Positions 16,441-25,394 of a DNA stretch of 44,920 nucleotides are shown here, piece after piece. This DNA is from a virus. Taxonomy: Duplodnaviria > Caudoviricetes. Below the pieces are notes generated by a model, which saw only the letters and a program-made list of their open reading frames with translations, was not told the DNA's origin and ran no database searches. The stretch spans positions 1 to 44,920 of IMG/VR virus record IMGVR_UViG_3300016722_000142. One strand, written 5' to 3'. How positions within the stretch are numbered: the first letter of the stretch is position 1; every line of letters begins with the position of its first letter. Made by a program: the position numbers and the translations under genes.

Positions 16441-18754
16441 AATAGTCCGGCTGGTGAATTCCACCCCGCTGTGCGATGTGCTGAACGACCGCAGACTCTG
16501 GCGGCACCGTGAACGCGCCGGATTTCGCATTACCGACGATGACGGATCGACGGTCAATCTGTTCAAATATGCGGCGTGGCTTCGCGAACAGTTGCACATT
16601 CGCAGGTCGGCGGCAAACCAGACATACGAAGAAAAGAAGAATGCCGTCCGCAACCGGAATATCGCACTGGCGCTTGCCGGACGCGACATCGGGGACTTGC
16701 CGGAAGTGGAGAATCCCGGATTGAAGGCGCAGTGCCGGACAAACTTCAAATTGTTCTGCGAGAGCTATTTCCCGGCCAACTTCTCTTTGGAATGGTCCGC
16801 CGACCATCTGAAGGTGATTGCGAAAATCGAGACTGCGGTTCTGCACGGCGGTCTGTTCGCCATGGCGATGCCTCGCGGCAGCGGCAAGTCGACGCTGACC
16901 GAATGCGCCGCATTGTGGTCGATGCTCTACGGCCACCGGGAATTCGTGTTTCTTGTAGGCGCAACCGAGGCGGCGGCGTTGGAAATGCTGGACAGCATCA
17001 AGACCGAGCTGGAAACAAACGAGCATCTGCTGGCGGATTTTCCCGAAGTCAGCTTTCCGATTGCCGCCCTCGACGGCATCGCCAACCGGTGCGTCGGTCA
17101 GTTGTACAAGGGGGAACGAACCCGCATCACCTGGACGAGCAATGAAATTGTGCTGCCGGCGATTGCCGGAAGTCCCGCGTCGGGCGTGATCGTCCGGGTG
17201 GCGGGCATCACCGGGCGTATCCGCGGCATGAAATACAAACGCGCCGACGGGAAGAACGTCCGTCCGTCGCTGGTCATCATCGACGATCCGCAGACTTCGG
17301 AATCGGCCGGCAGTTTGGAGCAGACGCGAAAGCGCGTCCGCGTGCTGGCGGGCGACATCCTCGGCCTTGCCGGACCGGGCGAGAAAATTTCGGGCATCAT
17401 GCCCTGCACGATCATCCGTCCGGGCGACATGGCCGACACCATCCTCAACCGCCAGACGCATCCCGACTGGAACGGCGAGAAAACCAAAATGGTGTACAAA
17501 TTCCCGAAGAATATGAAGTTCTGGGATGAGTATGCGGACATCCGTGCGGAGGCATTGCGGACGGACGGAAACTTCCAGGCGGCGACGGATTTCTATCTTG
17601 CCCGCCGCGAGGCGATGGACGAAGGATCGGAAGTGGAATGGGAGGCGCGTTACAATCCCGACGAGGTGTCCGCCCTCCAGCATGCCATGAATCTGAAATT
17701 TCGCGATGAAGTTGCCTTCATGAGCGAATATCAGAACGAGCCGTTGCCGGAGGACATGGCTGACGACGCCCTGCTGTCGGTGGACGAGATCGCCGGCAAG
17801 GTCAACGGGGTTGCCAGGGGAAAGATTCCGCTGGCCTGCGACCGCGTCACCATGTTCGTGGACATTCAGAAAGCCCTTCTGTTCTATGCGGTCGCGGCGT
17901 GGTCGGACGATTTCACCGGAGCCGTGCTGGACTACGGCGCGTGGCCGGAACAGCACAACCGGATGTTCTCCCTCGCGTCCGCGAATCCGACTATCCAGTC
18001 GAAGTTTCCGAACGCCGGACTGGAGGGCGGCCTCTATGCGGCTCTCGCTGCGTTGACCGACGACATGCTCTCCCGCGAATGGGAGCGCGAGGACGGGGCG
18101 ATGCTGAAAATCGAACGGGCGATGATCGACGCGAACTGGGGCAGTTCGACGGATATTGTTTATCAGTTCTGCCGCCAGAGCGTGTATTCCGGCGTGATCT
18201 ATCCGGCGCACGGACGGTATGTCGGCGCATCGTCAAAACCGATGACGGAGTACCGGAAGCAGCCGGGCGACCGCCTCGGCTTCAACTGGATGATGCCCAA
18301 CGTGGCGGGCAAGCGCGCCATCCGGCACGTGATCTTCGATTCCAACTTCTGGAAATCGTTCATCCACGCCCGGCTGGCCGTGCCGATGGGCGACAAGGGC
18401 TGCCTCTCGTTCTACGGACGGCATCCGGCGCTCCACCAGCTGATCGCGGAACACCTGACGGCGGAATACCGCGTGAAGACGGTGGGACGCGGACGGACGG
18501 TGGACGAATGGAAACTGCGCCCGGAGCGGAACGACAACCACTGGCTGGACTGCCTTTCCGGCTGTGCCGTCTGCGCCTCGATGCTCGGATGCGCCATGCC
18601 GGAATTCGGGGCGGCGGTGAAGCGGAAAGCGCCGATGACGGGCCGGCTTTCCGATATGCAGAAGGGTAGGCATTCCATGTCCGGCGGCGGAAGCAATGCC
18701 GCATACGAACCCGGAACGAGGCTCTCCGAAATCCAGCGGCGTAAAAAGGATTGA
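16406..18754 (+). CDS. terL: Terminase large subunit (GpA-like nuclease C-terminus) with N-terminal extra domain
   Basis: Walker A MPRGSGKS, Walker B VIIDDPQ, FMSEYQNEP, MFVDIQ, IDANWG, DNHWLDC; upstream of the portal. Confidence 0.9.
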   Translation: MAMNPSRLKPIEIVRLVNSTPLCDVLNDRRLWRHRERAGFRITDDDGSTVNLFKYAAWLREQLHIRRSAANQTYEEKKNAVRNRNIALALAGRDIGDLPEVENPGLKAQCRTNFKLFCESYFPANFSLEWSADHLKVIAKIETAVLHGGLFAMAMPRGSGKSTLTECAALWSMLYGHREFVFLVGATEAAALEMLDSIKTELETNEHLLADFPEVSFPIAALDGIANRCVGQLYKGERTRITWTSNEIVLPAIAGSPASGVIVRVAGITGRIRGMKYKRADGKNVRPSLVIIDDPQTSESAGSLEQTRKRVRVLAGDILGLAGPGEKISGIMPCTIIRPGDMADTILNRQTHPDWNGEKTKMVYKFPKNMKFWDEYADIRAEALRTDGNFQAATDFYLARREAMDEGSEVEWEARYNPDEVSALQHAMNLKFRDEVAFMSEYQNEPLPEDMADDALLSVDEIAGKVNGVARGKIPLACDRVTMFVDIQKALLFYAVAAWSDDFTGAVLDYGAWPEQHNRMFSLASANPTIQSKFPNAGLEGGLYAALAALTDDMLSREWEREDGAMLKIERAMIDANWGSSTDIVYQFCRQSVYSGVIYPAHGRYVGASSKPMTEYRKQPGDRLGFNWMMPNVAGKRAIRHVIFDSNFWKSFIHARLAVPMGDKGCLSFYGRHPALHQLIAEHLTAEYRVKTVGRGRTVDEWKLRPERNDNHWLDCLSGCAVCASMLGCAMPEFGAAVKRKAPMTGRLSDMQKGRHSMSGGGSNAAYEPGTRLSEIQRRKKD

Positions 18755-18780
18755 AAAAAAGCGGGAATCCGCTGGTTTCT

Positions 18781-18813
18781 CCAACGCTTTTTTCTTTTTT
18801 TTACGAAGAGATA
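18781..18813 (+). promoter_or_regulatory. Repeated motif class I, copy 3
   Basis: ccaACGCTTT, a T-rich spacer, then TACGAAGAGATA upstream of the C5 MTase/head operon. Confidence 0.6.
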
Positions 18814-18847
18814 AGGGTGTGGAGAAATAACAGGAAAGGCTTTTACC

Positions 18848-20419
18848 ATGAATTATGGAAGCGTATGCAGCGGGGTCGAGGCGGCAAGCCTCGCCTGGAA
18901 GCCGCTGGGCTGGACGGCGAAATTCTACGCTGAAGTCGAGCCGTTCCCGGCGGCGGTGCTGTGCGAACGGTTCGGGGCGACGCGCCCGCTGCGACCGCTC
19001 GATCCCGGCGAGGCGCACAGCGAAAAAGACCGGAAGCTCCGCGAGAGCTGGAAGAAGCAGATCGCCGGACTGCCTCCGGCCGGAACAATACCCAATCTCG
19101 GCGATTTTCCCAAAATAAAGGAAACGGACTATGACGGACACATTGATCTGCTCGTCGGCGGCTGTCCCTGCCAGTCGTACAGCCTTGCCGGATTGCGCAA
19201 GGGACTCGCCGATCCGCGGGGCAACCTCACCCTTGAATTTGTCAAGCTGGCTTATCGGACAGGCGCAAGGATCGTCGTTTTTGAAAATGTGCCGGGCATC
19301 CTCAGTTCAGGCGACGGCGGAAGCGATTTTGCCGGATTCCTATCGCTCCTCTGCGGATGGGAAGTCAAGCCGCCAAAAGACGGCTGGCGGAAATGCGGAA
19401 TCGTCACCCCCGCGCCCGGATGCTTCGGCGTGGCATGGCGGATACTTGACGCTCAATATACCCGAGTTCCCGAATTCCCAAGGGCGGTTCCGCAGCGAAG
19501 GAGACGTCTCATCCTTGTCGGACATCTTGGAAGCTGGCTCTATCCCGCCAAAGTATTATTTGACGGCGAAATGCGCGGAGGGGATACTCCGCCGCGCCGC
19601 ACGAAGAGGCAAGGACTTGCCTCCGGTGCTGAAAGCGGCGCTGATCCGGCAGTCGCGGCAGACCGTGAATGCATAGACATCCGGCAGGTTGAAGTCCGGG
19701 AAACCGAACTCTCCCCGACGCTGATCGCCACCGACTACAAAGGCGGCAAGGCCGTTTCGTTCTATCCACAGCGCAAGGCCGAGAGCATGGTTCCGCTGGA
19801 GGAGTGTTCCAACACGCTCGTCAACGGAACGTGTCCGGGACACCAGAACGCGGTCTGCTTCGAGAACCACGGACAGGATTCCCGCGTCCGCGAAATCCCG
19901 GTCGCCCCGACGGTTTCCGCGAAGGCCGGAACCGGCGGCAACAACCTCCCGCTGGTCATGGACGGCGGCGAACCGGTCGGCTTCATCAAGAACGACGCGG
20001 GCGGCGAACAGCAGGGATACTGGACGGGCGCGTTTCCGACCATCCGAAGCCAGGTCGTTCCGGCAGTCGCGATTGCGGAAAATGTGATCGGGCGGCGGAT
20101 TGAAAACGGCGGAAACGGAGTCGGCGCGAAAGAGGAAGTCGCCTACACCCAAAACTGCACCGGAGTGATGGGAGTGTGCCAGAATGCGACCGTCCGCCGA
20201 CTGCTTCCCGTCGAGTGCGAGCGCCTGATGGGATTTCCCGACAACCACACGAGAATCCCGTGGAAGAGCAAGCCGGAGGAGGAATGCCCGGACGCGCCCC
20301 GCTACAAGGCGTGCGGCAACTCGATGTGCGTCAACGTGATGGCGTGGGCCGGGCAGCGCATTCAAACGGTGGAAGACGAATTCAACATCGCAAAGGAGGC
20401 TTATGCCGGAAGCAACTGA
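18848..20419 (+). CDS. DNA (cytosine-5) methyltransferase
   Basis: Motif I SVCSGVEA, IV GGCPCQ, VI ENVPG, VIII PQRRRR, IX RRLLPVECERLMGFP, X YKACGNS. Confidence 0.95.
   Translation: MNYGSVCSGVEAASLAWKPLGWTAKFYAEVEPFPAAVLCERFGATRPLRPLDPGEAHSEKDRKLRESWKKQIAGLPPAGTIPNLGDFPKIKETDYDGHIDLLVGGCPCQSYSLAGLRKGLADPRGNLTLEFVKLAYRTGARIVVFENVPGILSSGDGGSDFAGFLSLLCGWEVKPPKDGWRKCGIVTPAPGCFGVAWRILDAQYTRVPEFPRAVPQRRRRLILVGHLGSWLYPAKVLFDGEMRGGDTPPRRTKRQGLASGAESGADPAVAADRECIDIRQVEVRETELSPTLIATDYKGGKAVSFYPQRKAESMVPLEECSNTLVNGTCPGHQNAVCFENHGQDSRVREIPVAPTVSAKAGTGGNNLPLVMDGGEPVGFIKNDAGGEQQGYWTGAFPTIRSQVVPAVAIAENVIGRRIENGGNGVGAKEEVAYTQNCTGVMGVCQNATVRRLLPVECERLMGFPDNHTRIPWKSKPEEECPDAPRYKACGNSMCVNVMAWAGQRIQTVEDEFNIAKEAYAGSN
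19131..19676 (+). CDS. Overprinted ORF nested in the C5 MTase, resembling the beta polypeptide of M.EcoHK31I-type two-chain methyltransferases
   Basis: Alternative frame, AAGGA RBS 8 nt before ATG; SLSDILE..IPPKYYLTAKCAEGILRRAARRGKDLPPVLKAALIRQ. Confidence 0.7.
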   Translation: MTDTLICSSAAVPASRTALPDCARDSPIRGATSPLNLSSWLIGQAQGSSFLKMCRASSVQATAEAILPDSYRSSADGKSSRQKTAGGNAESSPPRPDASAWHGGYLTLNIPEFPNSQGRFRSEGDVSSLSDILEAGSIPPKYYLTAKCAEGILRRAARRGKDLPPVLKAALIRQSRQTVNA

Positions 20420-20606
20420 AAATCTTGAGGACAGCATCCGGGAGAACGCCGCCGGTCCGAAGTCGGCGGAAGTCGACGGACAGAAGGTCGAGCGGCATCC
20501 GCTTCCCGACCAGATCGCGGCGGACGAATATCTCGCCAAGAAGAAAGTGATGCGGGGACGTGGAACGGGATTGAAAATCACGCAAATGCATCATTCGGGG
20601 GCATAA
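20403..20606 (+). CDS. Head completion protein (lambda gpW-like by position)
   Basis: Small ORF with AAAGGAGG RBS directly before the portal; KSAEVDGQKV beta-hairpin between helices. Confidence 0.6.
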   Translation: MPEATENLEDSIRENAAGPKSAEVDGQKVERHPLPDQIAADEYLAKKKVMRGRGTGLKITQMHHSGA

Positions 20607-20607
20607 A

Positions 20608-22050
20608 ATGTTTGAACGATTGAAAACAATGTTCCGAACGCGGACGCCGCCGGATTCTCATTTCCACCGGACGCTGACCGCCCGGTTCGACGCGGCGCAG
20701 ACCACGAAAGACAACGTGCGGCATTGGGCGATGGCGGACTATCTCTCCGCCGACCAGGAGGCGCGGCCCGAAGTCCGCAAAGTCCTGCGCCAGCGGTCGC
20801 GGTACGAGGTGGCGAACAACTCCTACGCCAAGGGGCTGGTGCAGATGCTGGCGAACGACACCATCGGCACGGGGCCGCGTCTGCAGGTCCTTGCGGACGA
20901 CGAGCGGTTCAACGACGAGGTGGAGCAGGAATTCGCCCGGTGGGCCGAGGCGGTGAAACTGCCGCAGAAGCTGCGGATGATGCGGATTTCCCGCTGTCAG
21001 GACGGCGAGGCTTTCGCGGTGATGGCGACGAATCCGAAGGTGCGCCATCCGGTCAAGATGGACGTGATGCTGATCGAGGCCGACCGCGTTTCGGGCGAAC
21101 TGCGCTGGGTTGAGGACGATGCTTCCGTGGACGGAATCACCTACGACGAATGGGGCAACCCGGCGGACTACCGGATTCTGAAATACCATCCCGGCGACGT
21201 GAAGTTCGCCACGGGCGAAGAGGCGATCCACGTCCCGGCGGAATACATGCTCCATATTTTCCGCCCGGACCGGCCGGAACTGCACCGGGGCGTTCCCGAA
21301 CTCTCGGCGGCGCTTCCATTGTTCGCCCAGCTCCGCAGATACAATCTCGCGGTGCTGTCGGCGGCGGAGGCCGCGGCGGATTTTGCGGCGATCCTCTACA
21401 CGGACGCGCCGCCGGACGGCGAAGCGGCGAACGTGCCGCCGATGGACGCGCTCGAACTGGAGCGGAACATGATGCTGACCGTCCCCGCCGGATGGAAGAT
21501 GGCGCAGCTGGACGCGAAGCAGCCGACCGCGAACCACGGGGAGTTCGTGAAGATCATCCTCTCGGAAATCGCGCGGTGCGCCGTGTCCACCTACGGCACG
21601 GTCGCCGGGGACTTCAGCGGCCACAACTATGCGTCGGGGCGGCTGGACAACCAGCTCTACCACAAGAGCATCCTGGTCGACCGCTCGTTCTGGGAGACGG
21701 AAGTCCTGAACCACATTTTCGACCTGTGGTATCTGGAATACGCCTTTGCCGAGGGCGATCCGGTTGAACGCCGGACGCCGCGCCACACGTGGTTCTGGGA
21801 CGGCTTCGTCCACGTCGATCCGACGAAGGAGGCGACCGCCCAGCAGATCCGGCTGGAAAACAACACCACGACGCTCGCCGCCGAATGCGCCAAGGACGGA
21901 CGGGACTACATGTCGGTTCTGCGCCAGAGGGCGAAGGAGATCAAGCTCATGCGGAGTCTCGAAATTCCGATTGCGAACGACCGGCCGGCGACTGAAAAAC
22001 AACCCGAACCGGATGACGGTTCAGAAACGAAGGAAGAAAAGGATGAGTGA
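20608..22050 (+). CDS. Phage portal protein, lambda family
   Basis: LRQRSRYEVANNSYAKG, IGTGP, QDGEAF, GITYDEWGNP..Y, HIF..RP..HRGVP, GDFS..NYASGR, HVDPTKE. Confidence 0.95.
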   Translation: MFERLKTMFRTRTPPDSHFHRTLTARFDAAQTTKDNVRHWAMADYLSADQEARPEVRKVLRQRSRYEVANNSYAKGLVQMLANDTIGTGPRLQVLADDERFNDEVEQEFARWAEAVKLPQKLRMMRISRCQDGEAFAVMATNPKVRHPVKMDVMLIEADRVSGELRWVEDDASVDGITYDEWGNPADYRILKYHPGDVKFATGEEAIHVPAEYMLHIFRPDRPELHRGVPELSAALPLFAQLRRYNLAVLSAAEAAADFAAILYTDAPPDGEAANVPPMDALELERNMMLTVPAGWKMAQLDAKQPTANHGEFVKIILSEIARCAVSTYGTVAGDFSGHNYASGRLDNQLYHKSILVDRSFWETEVLNHIFDLWYLEYAFAEGDPVERRTPRHTWFWDGFVHVDPTKEATAQQIRLENNTTTLAAECAKDGRDYMSVLRQRAKEIKLMRSLEIPIANDRPATEKQPEPDDGSETKEEKDE

Positions 22051-24022
22051 ATTCACGCTCATAGAGGCGGCGAACGGCGGCAGGCCGAAGGTCGCCGGAC
22101 TCGCCTATGGCGGCGGCAAAATGAATCTGCCGGGATGGAAATACCCGGTGGTGGTCGACCTCGCCGGGATGGAGATTCCCGACACGGTGCCGCTGCTGGC
22201 GAACCATGAAAACAAGACCGACGCGAGAGTCGGCATGGTGACGGCGAGCGTTCAAAACTGTTCGCTGGAAATCTCGGGAGAGATCGTTTCGGACAGCAAA
22301 GGCGCGCAGGACATCGTGGCCCAGAGCAAAGCCGGAGCGGACTGGCAGCTCTCCATCGGAGCGGATGTGAAGGAATGCGAGCTGGTGAAAGGCTCGCGAG
22401 AGGTGAACGGGCAGCGGATCGACGGGCCGTTCTACCACGTCAAAAAGTCCGTGCTGAGGGAAGTCTCCGTTGTGGCGGTTGGAGCGGACGCCGCGACGAA
22501 AATGAAAGTATCCGCCCGGTTCAAATTGACCAATACCAACCCTGTCGAAGGAGAAGTTATGACCGAAGAAAACAAGAATCTCAAAGCCGCCGGTGTGACC
22601 GATGCCGAACTGGAAAAGCATGATGAACCGCAGGGGATGCCGGAAGTTCAGGCAAAGGCTGAAGTCGATGTTGCGGCGACCGCCAATGACGCGGCGGTGA
22701 ACGCGGTGAAAGCCGAGCGCGAACGTGTCGGCGCGATTCAAAGCATCTGCAACGGGGAATTTCCGGAAATCGAAAAAGAGGCGGTAAGCGCTGGATGGAC
22801 TCCCGAAGTCACCACGAAAAAGGTGCTGGAAACCATTCGTGCCGAACGTCCGTCCGCCAGCGTCCATGTGAGCGTGAAGGCGCGTCCCGAAGGCGGCGAA
22901 ATGCGGAAAACCATCGAAGCGGCGATGTGCCTCCGCTGCGGCGTCTCCGCCGACATGCTGGAAAAATCCTACGGCGCGCAGACCGTCGAAGCCGGCATGA
23001 CGGACATGGACATGCCGCTCAAACAGCTCCTCGTCGAATGCATGAAGATGGACGGGATTCCGTATTCCAGAGGTTTCGACAACGAGACCATCCGCGCGGC
23101 GTTTTCCAGCGTCTCCCTGCCGGGAATCCTGTCGAACGTGGCGAACAAGAAACTGCTTCAGAGCTATCAGGCCCAGCCGGTGATTGCGACGAAACTGTGT
23201 TCGACCGGCGATCTGAACGACTTCAAGGAGGCCGACCGATTCCGTCTGACGGACGTGGGCGACCTGCTTCCGGTCGCCGCCGACGGCGAGATCAAGGAAG
23301 GCGGACTCGTGGAGGAGAGCGCCAAGAACCAGCTCGACACCTACGGCAAGAAGTTCTGCCTGACCCGGAAAATGATCATCAACGACGACCTCGGCGCATT
23401 CATGAAGGTGCCGGTCGCGATGGGGAACCGCGCGGCCCGCCTGATCGACCAGCTGTTCTTCAGCCGCCTGCTTGCCAACCCGGCGCAGTCCGACAACAAG
23501 GCGTTGTTCCACGCGGGACACAAGAATCTCTTGACCGGAGCGACCAGTGCTCTCTCCGCCGACTCCATAAAAAAGGCGATCCAGCTGTTCCTGGATCAGG
23601 TCGATGCGGACGGCCAGCCGATTTCCGTGGAGCCGCGTTTCCTGCTCGTTCCGACCGCCTTGAAGCATCTCGCCATCGAACTCACGCAGGGCGCGACGCT
23701 CATCATGGCGGGCGGTTCGGACAATGTCGTCCGTCCGTCGTTGAACGTCATCGCGGACGAGAACCTGCAGGTCGTGTCCAGCCCGTATCTGGCGAACAGC
23801 GCCTACGAGGGGAATTCCAGCGCCGCATGGTATCTCTTCGGCGCGCCGGGACAGGTGGACACGTTCGAAATCGGGTTTTTGAACGGCAAGCGCACCCCGA
23901 CCGTGGAGCGCGGAGAGACCGACTTCAACACGCTGGGCATGTGGTTCCGGGTGTATTTCGACCTCGGCGTCCGCGAGCAGGACTTCCGCGGCATGGTCAA
24001 GTCCAACGGTTCCGCCAACTGA
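22043..24022 (+). CDS. Prohead protease fused to major capsid protein (Mu gpT-like HK97 fold)
   Basis: N-terminal PLLANH, WQLSIG, LREVSVVAVGAD (protease); C-terminal SLPGILSNVANK.LL..Y, NDFK, TYGKKF.LTRKMIINDDLGAF, FDLGV..DFRG. Confidence 0.9.
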   Translation: MSEFTLIEAANGGRPKVAGLAYGGGKMNLPGWKYPVVVDLAGMEIPDTVPLLANHENKTDARVGMVTASVQNCSLEISGEIVSDSKGAQDIVAQSKAGADWQLSIGADVKECELVKGSREVNGQRIDGPFYHVKKSVLREVSVVAVGADAATKMKVSARFKLTNTNPVEGEVMTEENKNLKAAGVTDAELEKHDEPQGMPEVQAKAEVDVAATANDAAVNAVKAERERVGAIQSICNGEFPEIEKEAVSAGWTPEVTTKKVLETIRAERPSASVHVSVKARPEGGEMRKTIEAAMCLRCGVSADMLEKSYGAQTVEAGMTDMDMPLKQLLVECMKMDGIPYSRGFDNETIRAAFSSVSLPGILSNVANKKLLQSYQAQPVIATKLCSTGDLNDFKEADRFRLTDVGDLLPVAADGEIKEGGLVEESAKNQLDTYGKKFCLTRKMIINDDLGAFMKVPVAMGNRAARLIDQLFFSRLLANPAQSDNKALFHAGHKNLLTGATSALSADSIKKAIQLFLDQVDADGQPISVEPRFLLVPTALKHLAIELTQGATLIMAGGSDNVVRPSLNVIADENLQVVSSPYLANSAYEGNSSAAWYLFGAPGQVDTFEIGFLNGKRTPTVERGETDFNTLGMWFRVYFDLGVREQDFRGMVKSNGSAN

Positions 24023-24052
24023 TTTCAACCATAAATTCAAGGAGTTTTATTC

Positions 24053-24403
24053 ATGATCGCCCGTTATGTGCAAAAAGGTGAATCCATCGACTACCGTCCG
24101 TCCGCCGCCGTCGCGGCGGGAGACGTGGTTGCCCTCGGAAACCTGATCGGCGTCGCCCGATTGGACATCGCCGCCGACACGCTCGGCAGTCTCGCCGTGG
24201 TCGGCGTGTTCGATGTGGCGAAAGCCGCCGGGGCAATCGCCGCCGGAACCGCCGCCTATTGGGACGCGGCCAATCACAAGGCCACCACGGTCGCCGCCGG
24301 AAATCCCTATCTCGGCAAGGCGGTTGCCGCCGCCGAAGCGGCCGACGAACTGGCGCGCGTCCTTCTCAACGCGCCGTTCGTCGCAACCGCCGCCGCGGAA
24401 TAA
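24053..24403 (+). CDS. DUF2190 capsid decoration/cement protein
   Basis: ARYVQKGESIDY..AVAAGDVV..GVA..DIAA..GVFDVAK..YWD; follows the capsid gene. Confidence 0.9.
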   Translation: MIARYVQKGESIDYRPSAAVAAGDVVALGNLIGVARLDIAADTLGSLAVVGVFDVAKAAGAIAAGTAAYWDAANHKATTVAAGNPYLGKAVAAAEAADELARVLLNAPFVATAAAE

Positions 24404-24406
24404 TCC

Positions 24407-24757
24407 GTGGGAATGCTCGAACAGGCTTCGGCATGGCTGGAAGCCCAACGGCTGAAGGAGCTTTCCGTCCCCGTACTCTATGTGCGGAAGGACGGAACGC
24501 AAATTCCGGTCAATGTGACGCCGGGCCGGACGCTGTTCCGGGCCGAAGACCAATACGGCGTGACCGTCCGCACCGAGAGCCGCGATTTTCTGGTCGCGGC
24601 CTCGGAACTGGAGGACGAACCCGAACGGGGAGATACAATCGTTTACAACGGAATCCGCTGCGAGGTGCTTGCGCCGAACGGCGAACCGGTGTGGCGGTGG
24701 TCGGGGGCGTATCACTGGACGCGGCGTATCCATACCAAAGAAATCGGAGGCGAATGA
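24407..24757 (+). CDS. Head-tail joining protein
   Basis: Position after the decoration protein; RDFLV..L..EPERGDTI..RIHTK pattern; GTG start. Confidence 0.7.
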   Translation: MGMLEQASAWLEAQRLKELSVPVLYVRKDGTQIPVNVTPGRTLFRAEDQYGVTVRTESRDFLVAASELEDEPERGDTIVYNGIRCEVLAPNGEPVWRWSGAYHWTRRIHTKEIGGE

Positions 24758-24996
24758 TGCCGAACGGAGAAATCCCCGACCACAGGGATTTGTGGGAGGC
24801 CGTGAATCAGGCCCGGCTGGAGCTGGCGGAACTCAAGGGCATGATCAAGATGCACTTTGCGGACGGCCAGCACCATTATCCGCCGTGCAAGCCCGCCGCC
24901 GACCTGCAGAAGACGATGCTGTCGGCCATGGGCGCGGCGGTGCTCGCGCTGATCGCCGCCATCGGAAACATCGTCATGGAATTCATCCGGAGGTGA
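24754..24996 (+). CDS. Small membrane protein (holin/XhlA-like candidate)
   Basis: GGAGG RBS, ATGATG start; N-terminal coiled coil, one C-terminal hydrophobic helix, ending in RR. Confidence 0.55.
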   Translation: MMPNGEIPDHRDLWEAVNQARLELAELKGMIKMHFADGQHHYPPCKPAADLQKTMLSAMGAAVLALIAAIGNIVMEFIRR

Positions 24997-24998
24997 CC

Positions 24999-25394
24999 AT
25001 GTCGGAAGTATTGAATATTGCAAACGCGGTCGCCGCGGAGCTGGCGGACTATCACGCCGAAGTCCTCTATTTCCCGGAATTTGAATTGCGGGATCTGGAC
25101 GAAATGCGCGTGGTGGTGGTTCCGCTCTCCACCGAATACAAAACGCTCTCACGTGCGGCGCACGAGGAGCTGCCGAAAGTTCAGGTCGGCGTCCTGAAAC
25201 GATGTGACGGGGACGGACTCGACGCGATGCTTCAATTCGTCGAGGGACTCGATCTCGGATTCCTGAACCGAAAACTGGCCGGGGCGACCTGCGTCTGCGT
25301 CGCCTACAATCCCATCTACTCACCGGAGCATCTCCGGGAGCGCGGCCAGTTCACCAGCGTCATCGAACTGACGTTCAAGCTCGTCAAGGCATGA
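24999..25394 (+). CDS. Putative tail terminator/neck protein
   Basis: GGAGG RBS; size and position in the connector cluster; IANAVAAEL..FTSVIELTF. Confidence 0.6.
   Translation: MSEVLNIANAVAAELADYHAEVLYFPEFELRDLDEMRVVVVPLSTEYKTLSRAAHEELPKVQVGVLKRCDGDGLDAMLQFVEGLDLGFLNRKLAGATCVCVAYNPIYSPEHLRERGQFTSVIELTFKLVKA

Noticed and set aside
18754-18775. Terminator after terL (AGCGG-GAAT-CCGCT)
   Set aside because: The stem is only 5 bp with no immediate U tract on the plus strand; too weak to call
21746-22042. N-terminal extensions given by the ORF track (also 30870-31550, 5704-6015, 24259-24753, 24669-24998)
   Set aside because: They overlap upstream genes in another frame; downstream ATGs with an RBS give better starts
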